Part shown: positions 11,385 to 23,135 of the stretch, piece after piece
How the letters are laid out: every line of letters begins with the position of its first letter
Position numbering within the stretch: position 1 is the stretch's first letter
Assembly: GCF_964194155.1 (NCBI RefSeq)
Contig: NC_135896.1
Location: forward strand, 46,252,001 to 46,316,000
Direction of reading: 5' to 3'
DNA: 64,000 nucleotides
Origin: Cetorhinus maximus
Lineage: Eukaryota
Notes under the pieces: generated by a model
The model's database searches: none
The model's input: only the letters and a program-made list of their open reading frames with translations
Told to the model about the DNA's origin: nothing
Program-made: the position numbers and the translations under genes

Positions 11385-13060
11385 GATTTACATATAAACA
11401 AAATAAATGTATAAACGATTTAGACCTGAATGTAGGAAGGTTGATCATTAAGTTCGCGGTTGACACGAAAATTGGCGGAGTGGTAAATAGTAAGGAGGAT
11501 AGCCTTAGATTACAGGACGATATAGACGGGCTGGTCAGATGGGCTGATCAGTGGCAAATGGAATTTAATCCGGATAAGTGTGAGGTGATGCACTTGGGCA
11601 GGACAAACAAGGCACGGGAATACACAATGAATGGTAGGACCCTGGGAAGTACCGAGGATCAGAGGGACCTTGGTGTGCATGTCCACCGGTCCCTTAAGGT
11701 AGCGGGGCAGGTAGATAAGGTGGTTAAGGCAGCATATGGGATATTTGCCTTCATTAGCCAAAGCATATAATATAAGAGCAGGGGGGTTATGCCTGAACTG
11801 TATAAAATGCTGGTTAGGCCACAGCTAGAGTATTACATGCAGTTCTGGAATCCACATTATAGGAAGGATGTGATTGCACTAGGGAGAGTGCAGAGAAGAT
11901 TTACCAGGATGTTTCTGGGCTGGAGAGTTTTAGTTATGAGGGGAATTGGATAGACTGGGGTTATTTTCACTGGAGCAGAGGAGATTGAGGGGGGCCATGA
12001 TTGAGGTGTATAAAATTTTGAGGGGCACAGATAGGGTAGACAGGAAGGAACTTTTCACCTTGGTGGAGGGATCAATAACCAGGGGACATAGATTTAAGGT
12101 AAGAGGCAGGAGGTTTAGAGGGGATGTGAGGAAGAATTTTTTCACCCAGAGGGTGGTTGGGATCTATAACTCACTGCCTGAAAGGGTAGTAGAGGCAGAA
12201 ACCTTCATAACATTTAAGAAGTATTTGGATGTGCACTTGCGATGCCATGGCATATAGTGCCATGGCATATAGTGCTGGAAAATGGGATTAGAATAGTTAG
12301 GTACTTGTTTGACCAGTGCAGACCCGATGGGCTGAATGGCCTTTTCCTGTGCTGTAGACCTCTATGACTCTCTGGACAGAATTTTCTGCCTTCTGGGCGG
12401 GCAGGCCCGACCCAATCTCTGGCGGGCAGAAAGCCGATCCCCACTGGAGAAGCAGGCCGCACCGCCATTTTACGTGAGCGGGCCAATTAAGGCCTGCCCA
12501 GTGTGATGCCCGCCGGGAAGCACTATGCGCTTCCTGTGCGGGTGAGGGGGGGAGTTCCCCAAAAGCGAGAGTGCGCTTTTTCATTTAAGTGCAGCCTCAG
12601 GGAGATCGCTGACAGTTCTTAAAACAGTAAAAATAGAGAAAAAAAATTCCTTAACATGTCCCCCTCATGTGACAATGTCTCACATGAGATGGGAAATGTT
12701 CATAATTTACACTAAAACTTTATTAAACTTTTTAAATCCCTACATGAAACCTCATCCTGCTGGTGGATGAGGTTTCATGTTTTTTCTATTCTCCGCTGGG
12801 GCTCCTGGCCTGCCCGCCAGCCTTAAGGTTGGACGGTCAGGTCCTTTAATTGTTTTAATGATCCTGTCAATGGCCTCAATTGACCACTGACAGGGCGGCG
12901 GGCCCACAGCTGATTTTGCTGCACCCCCGCCTTCCTGAAGATTTAAATGGGGCGCGGTGACGTCGGGGGTTCCGCCCAACATCATCCCACGTCATTTTAC
13001 GCGTCGGCAAGTGGGCCCCGCCCCCTGCTCACCAACTGCAAAATTCAGCCCTATGACTCT
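11385..13060 (+). mobile_element. 5'-truncated CR1 LINE inserted into the transposase 3' end (tail interrupted by a MITE)
   Basis: INDLD..KFA(V)[33 protein letters not shown]; (TCTATGAC)n tail; ATCC at both junctions. Confidence 0.9.
12374..13051. mobile_element. Harbinger MITE nested in the CR1 tail
   Basis: TIRs GGACAGAATTTT / AAAATTCAGCCC; flanks TCT/TAT; near reverse complement of the MITE at 34243-34909. Confidence 0.85.
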
Positions 13061-13411
13061 ATCCAATGCTCCTTCAGCTAGCCTACCAAATAAGAACCAC
13101 CAACACATGCCAGGGCTACAGGCTCCATACTCAATCCCAGAGAGGACCATTTCCTTGGCCACCAACATACACTCTGTGCCTCTGCAATGAAGTTTCAGGA
13201 GACACACGTCCATGATTACATAATGGCTTACCCTGCACCCACAGAACTAGTGAAGCATACTGAGGCCAATAGCACAAAATAACATCTCATTTACTTGTGC
13301 ATGCGAAACATAGCTGAAATGAACATAAACAAGTGTTCTTTATCACACCATTAAAAAAGTTAAAGCAAAATGGGGGAACAAAATATCACCCGTGATAAGG
13401 CCGCCTTCTGC

Positions 13412-14573
13412 TTAAGGTGCTTTACCTTTAAGTTTGGGGGTGCTACGTCTAGGTACTCCCACCTCACTGGTAGCAGCATTGGAGACAGCCTGCTGACTCT
13501 GCTGTCCTGTTGGCCTTGATGACCTTGGTGGGCGTCCTCTGGCCTGTGGAGGCTGTGATGGCCCCGCCTGGGAGGGAGCGGCCAGTGCCACAGCTGGCAT
13601 CTCCCCAGTCGTCGCAGCCTTATCAGATGCCATGATCACTGGCAGAGGGGCGGAGGAGCTGCCGGCGTCATCCAGAGCGCCCGGAGAGGAGCCCACAGAG
13701 ATGACAGGCAGCTGTTGCACCGACATGAGGTCGCTTCGGAACTCCCTACTCACCATTGATGGCCAGGCACCTAGCTGGGATACTGGGTGCCCAATCCATC
13801 TCCCACACTACAATGGTTGCAATAGCCGACATTCTCTCCTCAGTGCACAACACTCCTGCCTTCGTCTGGCACCTCAACCTCACCGCGCCAGTTGACCGAG
13901 GTGCATGGCGCCTCTCAAGCTCCAGTGCCTCCTGCTCATAGCGTGTTAGGGCTAGGAGCTGTGGGGGTTCCCTGCCAGTCTGCGACCGCTCAATATTGTT
14001 ATGGGATGTCTTCATCTGAAAGGAGAGAGGGGCATTGATTAGTCCACTCTGTAACTGTTCACCATTGCAGCCTGGCCAACCCCAGCTGAGGAACACCTGG
14101 CAGGGCTCAGCCGACTCGTGGCCCTTGAGCTGCTACGCACTCAGTCCACGCAGCCAAGGCTCACCCGCTTGGCCAGCTTCGGCGTCATTGACAGTTGCCC
14201 CCTCAGGTCCATGAGGGCGAGTGGCCGGCCCTTAACTGTTCTGCACACTGACCCATGCCAACACGGTACTCACCTTCCCGATCACAGCAGATTGTTGAAG
14301 TGCTCCTGGCACTGCACCCATGTCACCTCACCACGTCATGGCTGCTGACCCTGCTCCTCCCAGGCCTTTTTGGAGGAGCCTCCTCCTCCTCCCGTCTCTG
14401 GGGATAAGGGTTTCCCTCCTGGCTGCCACCTTCTCCAGGAGGGCAGTGAGGCACTCATCGGAGAAACGCAGGGCCAATGCCCCGGCCGACCTGCTCTCCC
14501 GCCTGCTGTGTCCAAGAATCCATCTTCACTTCAGCGTCCTTCTGTGGCTGCCTGGGCCACTGGTGGACATCAT
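13412..14573 (-). pseudogene. Harbinger Myb/SANT-like (trihelix) DNA-binding protein pseudogene with intron 14016-14273
   Basis: RFSDECLTALLEKVAARRETL and WVQCQEHFNNL helices; AAG|GTGAGT donor and TCTCCTTTCAG acceptor; exon 2 KTSHNNIERSQTG..LTRYEQEALEL; basic C-terminus PRRSTPKLKGKAP*. Confidence 0.8.
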
Positions 14574-14879
14574 GCCCCCTCCCCCGCCCACCCCTTCTCG
14601 GAGCTTACCTAGCTGCCTTTCACATTCGGCGGACCTTAATTGGCCTGCCAGTGTGAAATTGCGGTGCCGTGCCAATAGCGGCTACCGAGCCCACACACCA
14701 AGGGCAAAATTCTGCCCTTGGTTTCCTGCTCAGTTTTCCTGTGGCTCAGGAAGCAAACCAGTGAACTGGAGATGAGATTGAGCAGCAGTTCACATGGATA
14801 ATTAAACTAGTATTGTTCCATGTGAATAACAACTCCTATTGCAGCTGTTGCTTCAGGGCCCTCTGGCAAATGTTTGACG

Positions 14880-15185
14880 GAGATTGCTCGTGTGGATCTA
14901 GCTTCTTTTAACTTTTGAGGACTTCAAACTAACAAGAGGAGGAAAGAGGTGCCGGCTGAATGTAAGCACATCAGAAGAGGGAGGCTATCACGTCGACAAT
15001 AGCAGCATTGTGCTGCAGTAGGATCAGCACATGCATGGGAGAGATACGCACAAGGAGAGAGGCTAAATTTACAGGTGACACTTCACAGGGAGTACAGACA
15101 GAGGCTCAACTTCCTTGAAGAATAGTGCTTTTGCAGGCTGGGGCTGTTGCATTGGGTGGTGGCAGACACCTGTAACCTCCCGTAG
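14880..15185 (+). mobile_element. Older degenerate Harbinger transposase 5' fragment (probable host element of 9698-14717)
   Basis: REYRQRLNFL..CFCRLGL..VVADTCNL resembles the transposase N-terminus at 10370-10480 and 61260-61360. Confidence 0.45.
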
Positions 15186-16008
15186 AACTTTCATTGCTCT
15201 CATTTCCTGCAGAGGGACCAATTCCAGTTACAGTCAGCCTTTCCAAATCAGTGTCGATTAAGTTATGGTTAAAAATATAGAAAGATGTATCTATAGTAAT
15301 CTGTGTCCTGAGGTGTTCAACCAGAAGTCATCAGTTTAGCCAGAATCTGAATTTGAAAGACAAAGGAAAAGTGCCTACAGCCTGGAAACTTTCTGCAAGG
15401 CAGCTTTCCTGCACTCTTAAAGATGCTGGTGAACTGGATCTTGATGTGAACTCAAAGATGTTTCACATCGTTATATTTGCTGAATCGACTTTAATCCCTG
15501 TAACTGCAAACCCAAAGGATTTTTTTTTAATGAATTTATAACTTCTTTGAATATTTTGAATATATTCTGTAACCAACAGAAAATAAATGTCAAATTTGGT
15601 CCTTGCACGTCGACTGAGAAAGTAAAATTAAGGCCCAAAGCTTTTACATATATCATAGCGTAATACAAAATGGGCATTGAGGAAATGTATTAGCAAGCCA
15701 ACATTAATATAAATCTATAAAATCACATTCCTAATAGAAAAAGAAGCACTTAAGTCTGACATTTTATAGTATATTTTATTGGGATGAAAGGGTTACTAAT
15801 ATCCCAATATTTCAATCAGGCAACTACTGTATACTAAAGATAGTTAAACCACAATGTTCAGAGAAGTACTCAAATCAAACACAGTACTTTAGGAACTGAT
15901 TTTACTGATTTCAGTGCTTTAGGAATCTTCATTTAAATAAATATTCATTGACTCAAAATTCAAAAATCGGAGCAAAAAGTTGACTCAACCCATTGCAGCT
16001 AAAACAAG

Positions 16009-16609
16009 GGCCAGAGTTTTCAGCTACTTGATGGGCATGTGCCCGACCCGAACGAGCGTAAAATGACGCGTGATGATGTCGGGCGAGCATCCCGATGTCA
16101 TCGCGCACTTGAACGATATTTCGGTCGGCGGGCGCACTCGGAAGTTGCCAGCCCGCCTGCCGGCGATTAACAGGCTATTAACGCCATTTTTTACGCAACC
16201 TCATCCATGGGAGGGAAGAGGTTTCGATCCGTCATTAAAAGAAAAAATTTCAAGCTAATTTCTAACATGTCCCTGTTCATGTGAGAGAGTCACATGAGGG
16301 GACTTCTTTTATCAACATTTTAAAATTCTTTATTTTTAATTTTTTAAATCTTCAGAGGCAGCTCTGTGCCTCGGGGAGCTTTTCCTGTGCGCACCTGCGT
16401 GCGTGCGCAAAGTTCCCCGCTCGCCCTCCTTCCCCGCCCCACCCCACAGGCAGCGCTGAGCGCTGCAGCGCGCACTTCATGTTAGACAGGCCTTAATTGG
16501 CCCGCCAGCGTGAAATCGTGGTTGCGGCCCGATCGCCAGCGGTGGCTGGCTTCCTGGCTGCACCCGCTTGACCCCGCCGAGCTCGCCCGAGGAGGGAAAT
16601 TGCCTGGCC
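16009..16609. mobile_element. Harbinger MITE
   Basis: GGCCAGAGTTTT ... AAATTGCCTGGCC termini; flanks AAG/ATG; left end similar to 9698-9900. Confidence 0.8.
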
Positions 16610-17913
16610 ATGTTCTATATTAATCTACCCTTTCAGTTGCGTTAAGAAAATGCATATAATGCACTGCTGAATTAACAGACAAAACTCAGTTTAATTTTGA
16701 TCATTTTAAAATAATTGGAATTAGCATTGTGCCAAATGACCCTGTGAAATATACTTGAATGTATTTTTAATGGATTAGAAACATCATTTCAAATTGAATT
16801 GAGGTTTGTGCACATATGGGGAACCGCCCCACTTTTCATTCCACCAGCGTATGCACATAATTAAATTCATTATTTTAAATATTTGAGTCCAGAGGAAATC
16901 AATTAAATTAATGCATTATTTGGAATTGTATATGTTCCAACGTGTACATTTATAAACATCATGGGCATTAACCCAAGTCAGTCCCCAAGCTATCTCATCA
17001 ATAGCATAATTTGACTTGTCTGTCCATTTGTCTTTAATAAACACAGATGTTTTAGTACATAAAGATAATAATTAGATTCATGGAGGAAACAGGCATATTT
17101 TTTCAGTGTTTTCACTATTCAAAAAGAATTTTCAGGACAAACTAACTACTTGAACTACAGTCACTGCTAGTGTGCTCAACATGTTAAACTGTAATCTCAA
17201 CCCAGCTATTGAACAGTATGCTGCATAATATTTTAAAGCAAGTCATTCTTCCATTGTTGTAACCAGCTTTTCTGTATTTTACTTTGCTTGCAGTGTTGCA
17301 AATGCCTTTGCTCACTTTTAATTGCTTTTATTTATGGGATTCTGAGATTAGAGCCTGTGTTCCCTCACTTTTAATGCCTGCTTTCAGGCAGTTCTGGAGT
17401 GACTAACTAAAGGAAGTTGGCCACGATGGCCTAGCGCCAAATTCCTCCTCATAAAACGGCTGTTGGAAGTTTCCTCCAGCCACAATGTGGAAGTCTTGTA
17501 GCATCTGCTGTCAGCCTGCACACAAGCTAATTTCATTTAAATGACATTATTGGCAATATTGAATTTTCATTCACTAACACCCCTGCCCAGTCACAAAGTC
17601 AACGGTCATCAAAAAGGAATTAATTGTCACTAAGCCTTCTTCACATTTGTCTTCAATAAGTACAGTAATTCAATGCTTGATTTTATAAATAGATATACAT
17701 TGTAACTCACTTGCCTGAGTCAGATGGTCACTGAATTTAGCCCCGCCCCAGAGAGTAGAGCACAAATATTTAAAATTGCAGGCAATCTGATTGGGGCGGG
17801 TAACTCTACCTGAAAATTTTAGCATAATTTTTGCATTCAAGTGTGCTCAATGTGTTTGATTACAATTTAACATCACAAGTTCTAATTTGGAATGAATTAG
17901 ACATCAAATTTGA

Positions 17914-18027
17914 CAGTGCTCTCAAAGCTATGCAGTGCGCTCAAAGCTATGCAGTGCGCTCAAAGTTATTCAGTGCTCTCAAAGCTATCCAGTGCGCTCA
18001 AAGTTATTGAGTGTGCCCAAAGCTATC
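17914..18027. repeat. 19-bp minisatellite, ~6 copies (CAGTGCGCTCAAAGCTATG)
   Basis: Directly visible in the sequence. Confidence 0.9.
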
Positions 18028-18321
18028 ACCTCTTTGGCCAAGTTTTTGGCTGCCTGACCTAATACTGCCTTAGGTTGGCTCACCTTACCTGAAAAGTCTG
18101 ACTTTCGGCAGCTTGTGTCGGGGGTGGGGGGGGAAGAAAATTGCTCCAGGGTGGGGGGTGTGTGGGGAGAGGGGGGGGTGGGGAGGGGAGGGGGCTTGAT
18201 GGGGAGAGTACTGCTGCAATCGGGTGCAGGGGGGGTGGTGGGTGAGCACGGCAGGGGGTGGGGGCATGGGCAGAGTTGTGCTGCACGAGTTATAGTTATA
18301 AAGGAAATCATATAAGCACCT

Positions 18322-18883
18322 TGAAAGGTCCGAGGAATACTCTGGTACAAAATTTCAACACTCGGAGTCCAGATGCAATATTCAAGTGGTTCCTTTATTA
18401 CGCATGCGGGGAGCAAACACTGGGCAGTCCAGGTGCTTCTCCATCGAGGTTCAAATGAGCACAGTTTATATATATTTTATTATCAGTTACAACTTAATGG
18501 TATTAGTTAGACAAAAGCCACAGCACAATGACCCACCGATGGGCTGATAATTGTGTTCTTGTACAGTAATTGAAGTGCAGAGACTAAGCATTGTCCTTTT
18601 GAAGATAGCAAAGAATGTATGTTTGTTCCATACAAAAGGATTACTGGATGTGGTTCGAGGCTATCAGATGGTGCGAAATGGCCTTCCCCATTTCTTGATC
18701 GAGTCATCCCATGTCCCCGCCTGTGTGTGTGTCTCCCATTTCCTATTTGCAAATTTACAGCTGAGCCCTTTGTACAAGTTTTTAGCTTTCATGTAAGGCT
18801 GTGATTGTCTGTGTATACTTTGGCACCCTAGCTGCTGGTCCTGGCTAGCACTTTAAAATAAATCCAAATTTTCTGCATCCTCA
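18322..18883 (-). repeat. 3' LTR (562 bp)
   Basis: TGAGGATG...CCTTTCA on the minus strand; AATAAA at 18394-18399 (minus). About 24 substitutions and 2 indels versus the 5' LTR by manual count. Confidence 0.95.
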
Positions 18884-18898
18884 GTCCCCCTTTTTGGG
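18884..18898 (-). promoter_or_regulatory. Polypurine tract
   Basis: CCCAAAAAGGGGGAC immediately 5' of the 3' LTR TG on the minus strand. Confidence 0.85.
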
Positions 18899-19095
18899 TG
18901 GGTAACCGTTAGGTTAAGCTAGTCAATTAATCTGCATCCGATGATACTGTCATGGCTCCGGTGGTACTGATCTGAGCAAGTCCTCCGGGCCATGGCATCA
19001 CTCGGACATCTACCCAAGTTGTTAAGCTTCCTAATGTCCAAGACTCCTGTCTGTCCGGTGGTGTGCGGCCACCAAGACGGGAGGCTGGGACCCTA

Positions 19096-21271
19096 CTACA
19101 TTAATATTGTGTTCTGTCCCAGCAGCCGTTGTTGCTCTTTTAACATTAATTTTGTCCTATGGCTAAGGGCTTTCTTCTTACAGGTATGACATGCTGCAAT
19201 TCCCCACGCCAATGCTAACACTAGCTGCATTGCGACGGGTATATGAGAGATTATTCTTATTCAGGGGTGTATATCTATATTCAGCCACCAGTCCCACATT
19301 TGCTCCCACCATGTTGGATTTCCCAATTGCTCTTCCATATCATTGATTAGCCTTTTAAACATCGCCTGTAACACGTAATACTGTTTCATCACCTTTCGAA
19401 AGTCACCTTTAATCTTTGTCAGACTTTCGGGAAGGTGGGGAATTGGGGCCTGCTTAGGTTCCTTATACTGTTCCAGGGTATCATGGAGTGTGTCGGAGGC
19501 GTTGACTGAGACCTGACCCCTTTGTTGGATGTACGCCATTCGCGTGTGTCCGATTGTAACTGGGAGCCGGGGTTTAAAGCAGAAGTTGGGGGTGGTGATG
19601 TTGCAATGTAGGCTCCTGTACATGAATGACTGCTCAGTAGTTGTCACACAGTATTCCCCCTTTCCCTTGTATCCTGAGCGAGTGTGATGGTTTTCTCTGT
19701 GGGTAATTTCTAACATACAACCCTCCGTTCGATTGTACCTGCATTCGTCCAGCCCCCCTGTTCCGACTGGATGGGGGCAAATCGTGAGGCTACCTTTCCT
19801 CCTGCACCCGCTCAGTGATACGCCTTGTATGCCCTCATTCTTCTGTATGGCATGCATGTCTATGGGGTAGTACCGGAGGGAGTCATTGTCTCGGATTAAC
19901 CCAATGTTGGCACTGAGGGTACGGGCCCGTGTCTGCTGTGACTGAGGGGATTGCTCATACCATGCCTATCACATTCATTTGGTTTGTGGTGCACTTCTGA
20001 ATCACCGGATACACCCTGGTCATTCCTTGCAATGTACAGGTGTCAATGACGCCTGGGTTCTTGGCCATCCCCTGCAACTGGGTACTGTTGATCCAGCCCG
20101 GTACCTCCCCCCTTTGGATCTGGGCCAGATTGTATCTTAATTACCCAATCATCCACTGGCCGTAAGTGTGGCACAGCTGGCTTTTTTTGGGTTCTGTCCT
20201 CTTGTCATTCCTCCCTTTCTATTAATTGGTTGGTGGTTTTAGCATGGGTCTCTATAACGTGTACGCTTTCCGATAGAGATGCCACACTCTTGCCTCCTAG
20301 GGTCGCTGCTGTTTCTCCGCCCCTCGCTGCTCTTATGGGCAGCTGCCTCATGATCCCTTTAAGATTCATGACCTCGGAGTTGATTCCTTGAATGTGGAGA
20401 GAGTTTACCAGGGAAGTCCCTGTGTTCACCCCTGTCAGTACATTGTTAACTAACCCTCTCTTCTGGCGATGGAAAGCAGCATGTCCCCTGAATCTAATGG
20501 TGCCCGTGGCGTCGGCCGCCTGATTAATCACAGCCTTACTCAGTCATTTGTATGGTTTTTGTAGGGGCGCTTGGTTACTGCAATACTCAGGCAGCTGTAT
20601 ACCTGCCAGGTTCACAATTACCGGTACAATTTCATGTTTAACGTTATCATACAATAGTTCACCGTCCGTATACAGTAGCAGTCCATTCTGTGGCCCAGGG
20701 GTCATGTCTGGGCAAGATAGTCTCTGTGGTGTCGTGTCCTGTGATAGCGGGGTGGTGTCAGTCCGGGGGTCCGCTGTTGTAGTCAACTCTGTGTGTTTGG
20801 GCCTCGATCCAATGCCAGGTATTTGTCATTCCCAAGCCCTCCTCCCCGGGGCAGTGACCCCAGTTGTTGTTGTCCCGGGGTGTGAAGGTAAATTGCAAAA
20901 AATCTCTCACACATTGTATCTGGACCTGTGCCCCCTTCGCACACATCCAGGGTCCGGCCTGAACCATCGCTGATCTGGAAGCATGTTGGGCCCTCATTTT
21001 TCCATCGGAGTTCCATTCCCATATGCGAGCTCTGCCCTAGGCTCTCTCCATCGCTCATTCCACAGGATAGTTGCATAAGCCCGGTGCCACACTTGAAGAG
21101 CATTGACCTTTCCGTTGTGACATTCACACCTCCTTTCACATAATATCCGTTGCTGACATTCTTGTAGTATAAGCCCATACCGGCCGCTGCTTCACGGTTT
21201 ACGTTCTGTATGCCAGTGGCTGCAATAGCCAGGGCCCTGGTAATGATTAGCAACACCCAGCTTTTTTCCAT
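19096..21271 (-). pseudogene. env: Envelope / class I fusion glycoprotein pseudogene, paramyxo/pneumovirus F-like
   Basis: Signal peptide MEKSWVLLIITRALAIAATG; furin site RQKR (20457-20468) then GLVNNVLTGVNTGTSLVNSL and a heptad region; Cys cluster; Trp-rich WWEQMWDWW; TM IPVAMQLVLALAWGIAAC; basic tail. Several frameshifts and stops. Confidence 0.85.
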
Positions 21272-21529
21272 CTTGGTGTGGAGGTTACCCGGTTATTGTT
21301 ATTTCTGTAATGAAGCATACTGCTGGTGATCACCAGGGGTTAGGTCGTATATAAGAGGCAGCTTTCTCTTTTTCACCCCTCCTTGTACACTGCCCTCGGT
21401 GACCCTCCCCGTAGTTGAGGATTCCCCCTTTGTCTTTCGGATGGCCAGTCCTCCAGATCGGGAATGAATCCTAAACCACTTGGCTAACACAGTATGGACT
21501 GCTCGTTGCCCGTTTTCCCCCCACTGCCC

Positions 21530-21925
21530 GGTAATTCAGTCTTTCTTACTTACATCATACCTTTTCAGTTGTGACCAGAGTTTCCACCTACCTTTTCCCT
21601 TCATATCGATGCAGGCACATGAATCGCTGGTCAAAATAATTTTGTAGGGTCCAGTCCAATTTGGGGCAAAACCTGGTTGGCGAGGGGTGATTTGAACAAA
21701 CACCATGTCTCCGACCTCGGCCGGTGGTGATGGGGGCCCCCCTTTGTCCCCTTTTCTAAATCCCTGATAGCCTGTTGGTCCTTCACTTCCTGTTGTAATT
21801 CCTTAGCTGTCCATCCAATTGCTTAATATAGTTTTTAATTTTATCTCTGATGGGTCCCATATCCTCGCTTCCAGTGGCTCTGCCCTCTGGCAAGCGCTAG
21901 CCCTCCCGGCCATTAACTCATAAAG
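21530..21925 (-). pseudogene. pol: Integrase C-terminal remnant (GPY/F-type)
   Basis: YELMAGR ... VGDMVFVQITPRQPGFAPNWTGPYKIILTSDSCACID..GKGRWKLWSQLK. Confidence 0.85.
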
Positions 21926-22252
21926 GGGTTTATCTTAAATCTAGCATTTTTCAGTGTCTTTAAGACTATCAGGAGAGCTCCGATGTGGCCCTTTCTGATT
22001 CTGATGCTATTCGGATATCATCTACATATTGTAAGATTGTACTGTTGTAAGAATCTACGTCGCACTGACTCAGCTTCTCACTCGTGAACTGATGGAAGAT
22101 GTTCGGGCTGTTGTGGAATCCCTGTGGGAGCCTCGTCCATGTATACGTCTCCCTCCCATTGTGAAAATGAATTTATCTTGGGATTCCTGGTCCACTGGTA
22201 TTGACCAAAATCTATTGGCTACATCTAAAACTGTAAATATTTTATGTTCGGG
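21926..22252 (-). pseudogene. pol: Retroviral reverse transcriptase core remnant
   Basis: PEHKIFTVLDVANRFWSIPVDQESQDKFIFT / YTWTRLPQGFHNSPNIFHQF / ILQYVDDIRIAS / LKNARFKINP. Confidence 0.92.
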
Positions 22253-23135
22253 CCTTTACAATTAAAGCACACCTCGGGTTTAGGGATGGCTGTCATGGTG
22301 GCTACTGTTTCAGTGGGGTCTGTAACCTCCACTGCCGACATCTTTATCTTAGTTTTCCCTATGTGGTTGTCTACCCTGGTGACCCATCTTTCTAGCTCAT
22401 CATATGTGTTCTTGTCTACTAGCCCGGTGTCTAGGATTGCCTAGGGCCAGGCTAAGGCCATCCTTGTACAATTGCATAAACTGTACATTGTCTCGGTTCA
22501 ACGCAGCACCTAGTTACAATATGCCTCAAACTTCCGATTGCCATATTCATGGGTACCCTTGCCCTTTTCTTGTTTTACTCCAGTCACTATAACTGGGGCT
22601 TGCCCTAAGACTTGTGCTATTTCTGCTCTAAAGGCTCGGAAATCAGCTTGCTGCTGCGCTTGGTCTGCCTGGTTGTCCGGGCACTGAGGGCACATACTCT
22701 AGCTTAATTGGGGCCACGGGATATGGGGCTGGTGATTCCCAACCCGCTTCCCATTGTTCCTCATATCTTGCTGTCTGTTCCACCAGCCCATTCCATTCTA
22801 CATTATCTGCGTATTGTGGAGCTGCTGGTGGCTGTGTCAAAGCTGGCGAAACTGACATGAGAGTTTTTGGCTGTATTAGCTCTTCATTTTGGGATTTGTT
22901 GGCCAACATTCTATTTACTTTCTTACTTAACTCTACATGTTGTCTTAACATTAGGATTCATGCTTTATCATTTTTGTCTTTTTTAGATTATCCCACCATT
23001 TTCTCTGATCAGTGGGTGAGTCAAATGAGTTCCAATTGTTCTTTATCATTTTGCCTATCAATTTCTTGTTTTGTCAGCTAAATGCCGTGTCAAGGATCCC
23101 TCTGGTCCCCACTTGAGTTTGTCACTGCTGGCCAT
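22253..23135 (-). pseudogene. gag: gag remnant
   Basis: ATG at 23135 (MASSDKLKWGPEGSL); P-rich region (PAPYPVAPI); MHR-like VKQEKGKGTHEYGNRKFEAY; truncated zinc knuckle CFNCKGP. Confidence 0.7.

Larger units (their letters stand above)
10191..13081 (+). pseudogene. Harbinger (HARBI1-family) DDE transposase pseudogene, interrupted by a CR1 at 11385-13060
   Basis: ATG at 10191; [76 protein letters not shown]. Final codons (DTL|IQCSFS*) resume at 13061. Has stops and frameshifts. Confidence 0.9.
9698..14717. mobile_element. PIF/Harbinger DNA transposon (transposase plus Myb/SANT-like gene, convergent), degenerate
   Basis: TIRs GGGCAGA(G)ATTTT / AAAATTCTGCCC with 3-bp TSD TTG (9695-9697 and 14718-14720). 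Two convergent genes inside; CpG-rich subtermini shared with the local MITEs. Confidence 0.9.

Noticed and set aside
10289-11770. 493-aa ORF that appears to fuse a DDE transposase to a reverse transcriptase
   Set aside because: Chance read-through. The N-terminal part is out of the transposase frame, the first catalytic Asp is lost, and the RT part is a 5'-truncated CR1 with a broken FADD motif (FAVD). The true transposase end resumes at 13061.
17914-18027. Regularly spaced repeats resembling a CRISPR array
   Set aside because: The units are contiguous with no unique spacers, there are no cas genes, and the context is eukaryotic. It is a minisatellite.
18507-18804. Short ORFs duplicated at 23591-23912
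   Set aside because: They lie within the two LTRs, and an indel between the copies breaks the frame. No support for an accessory gene.
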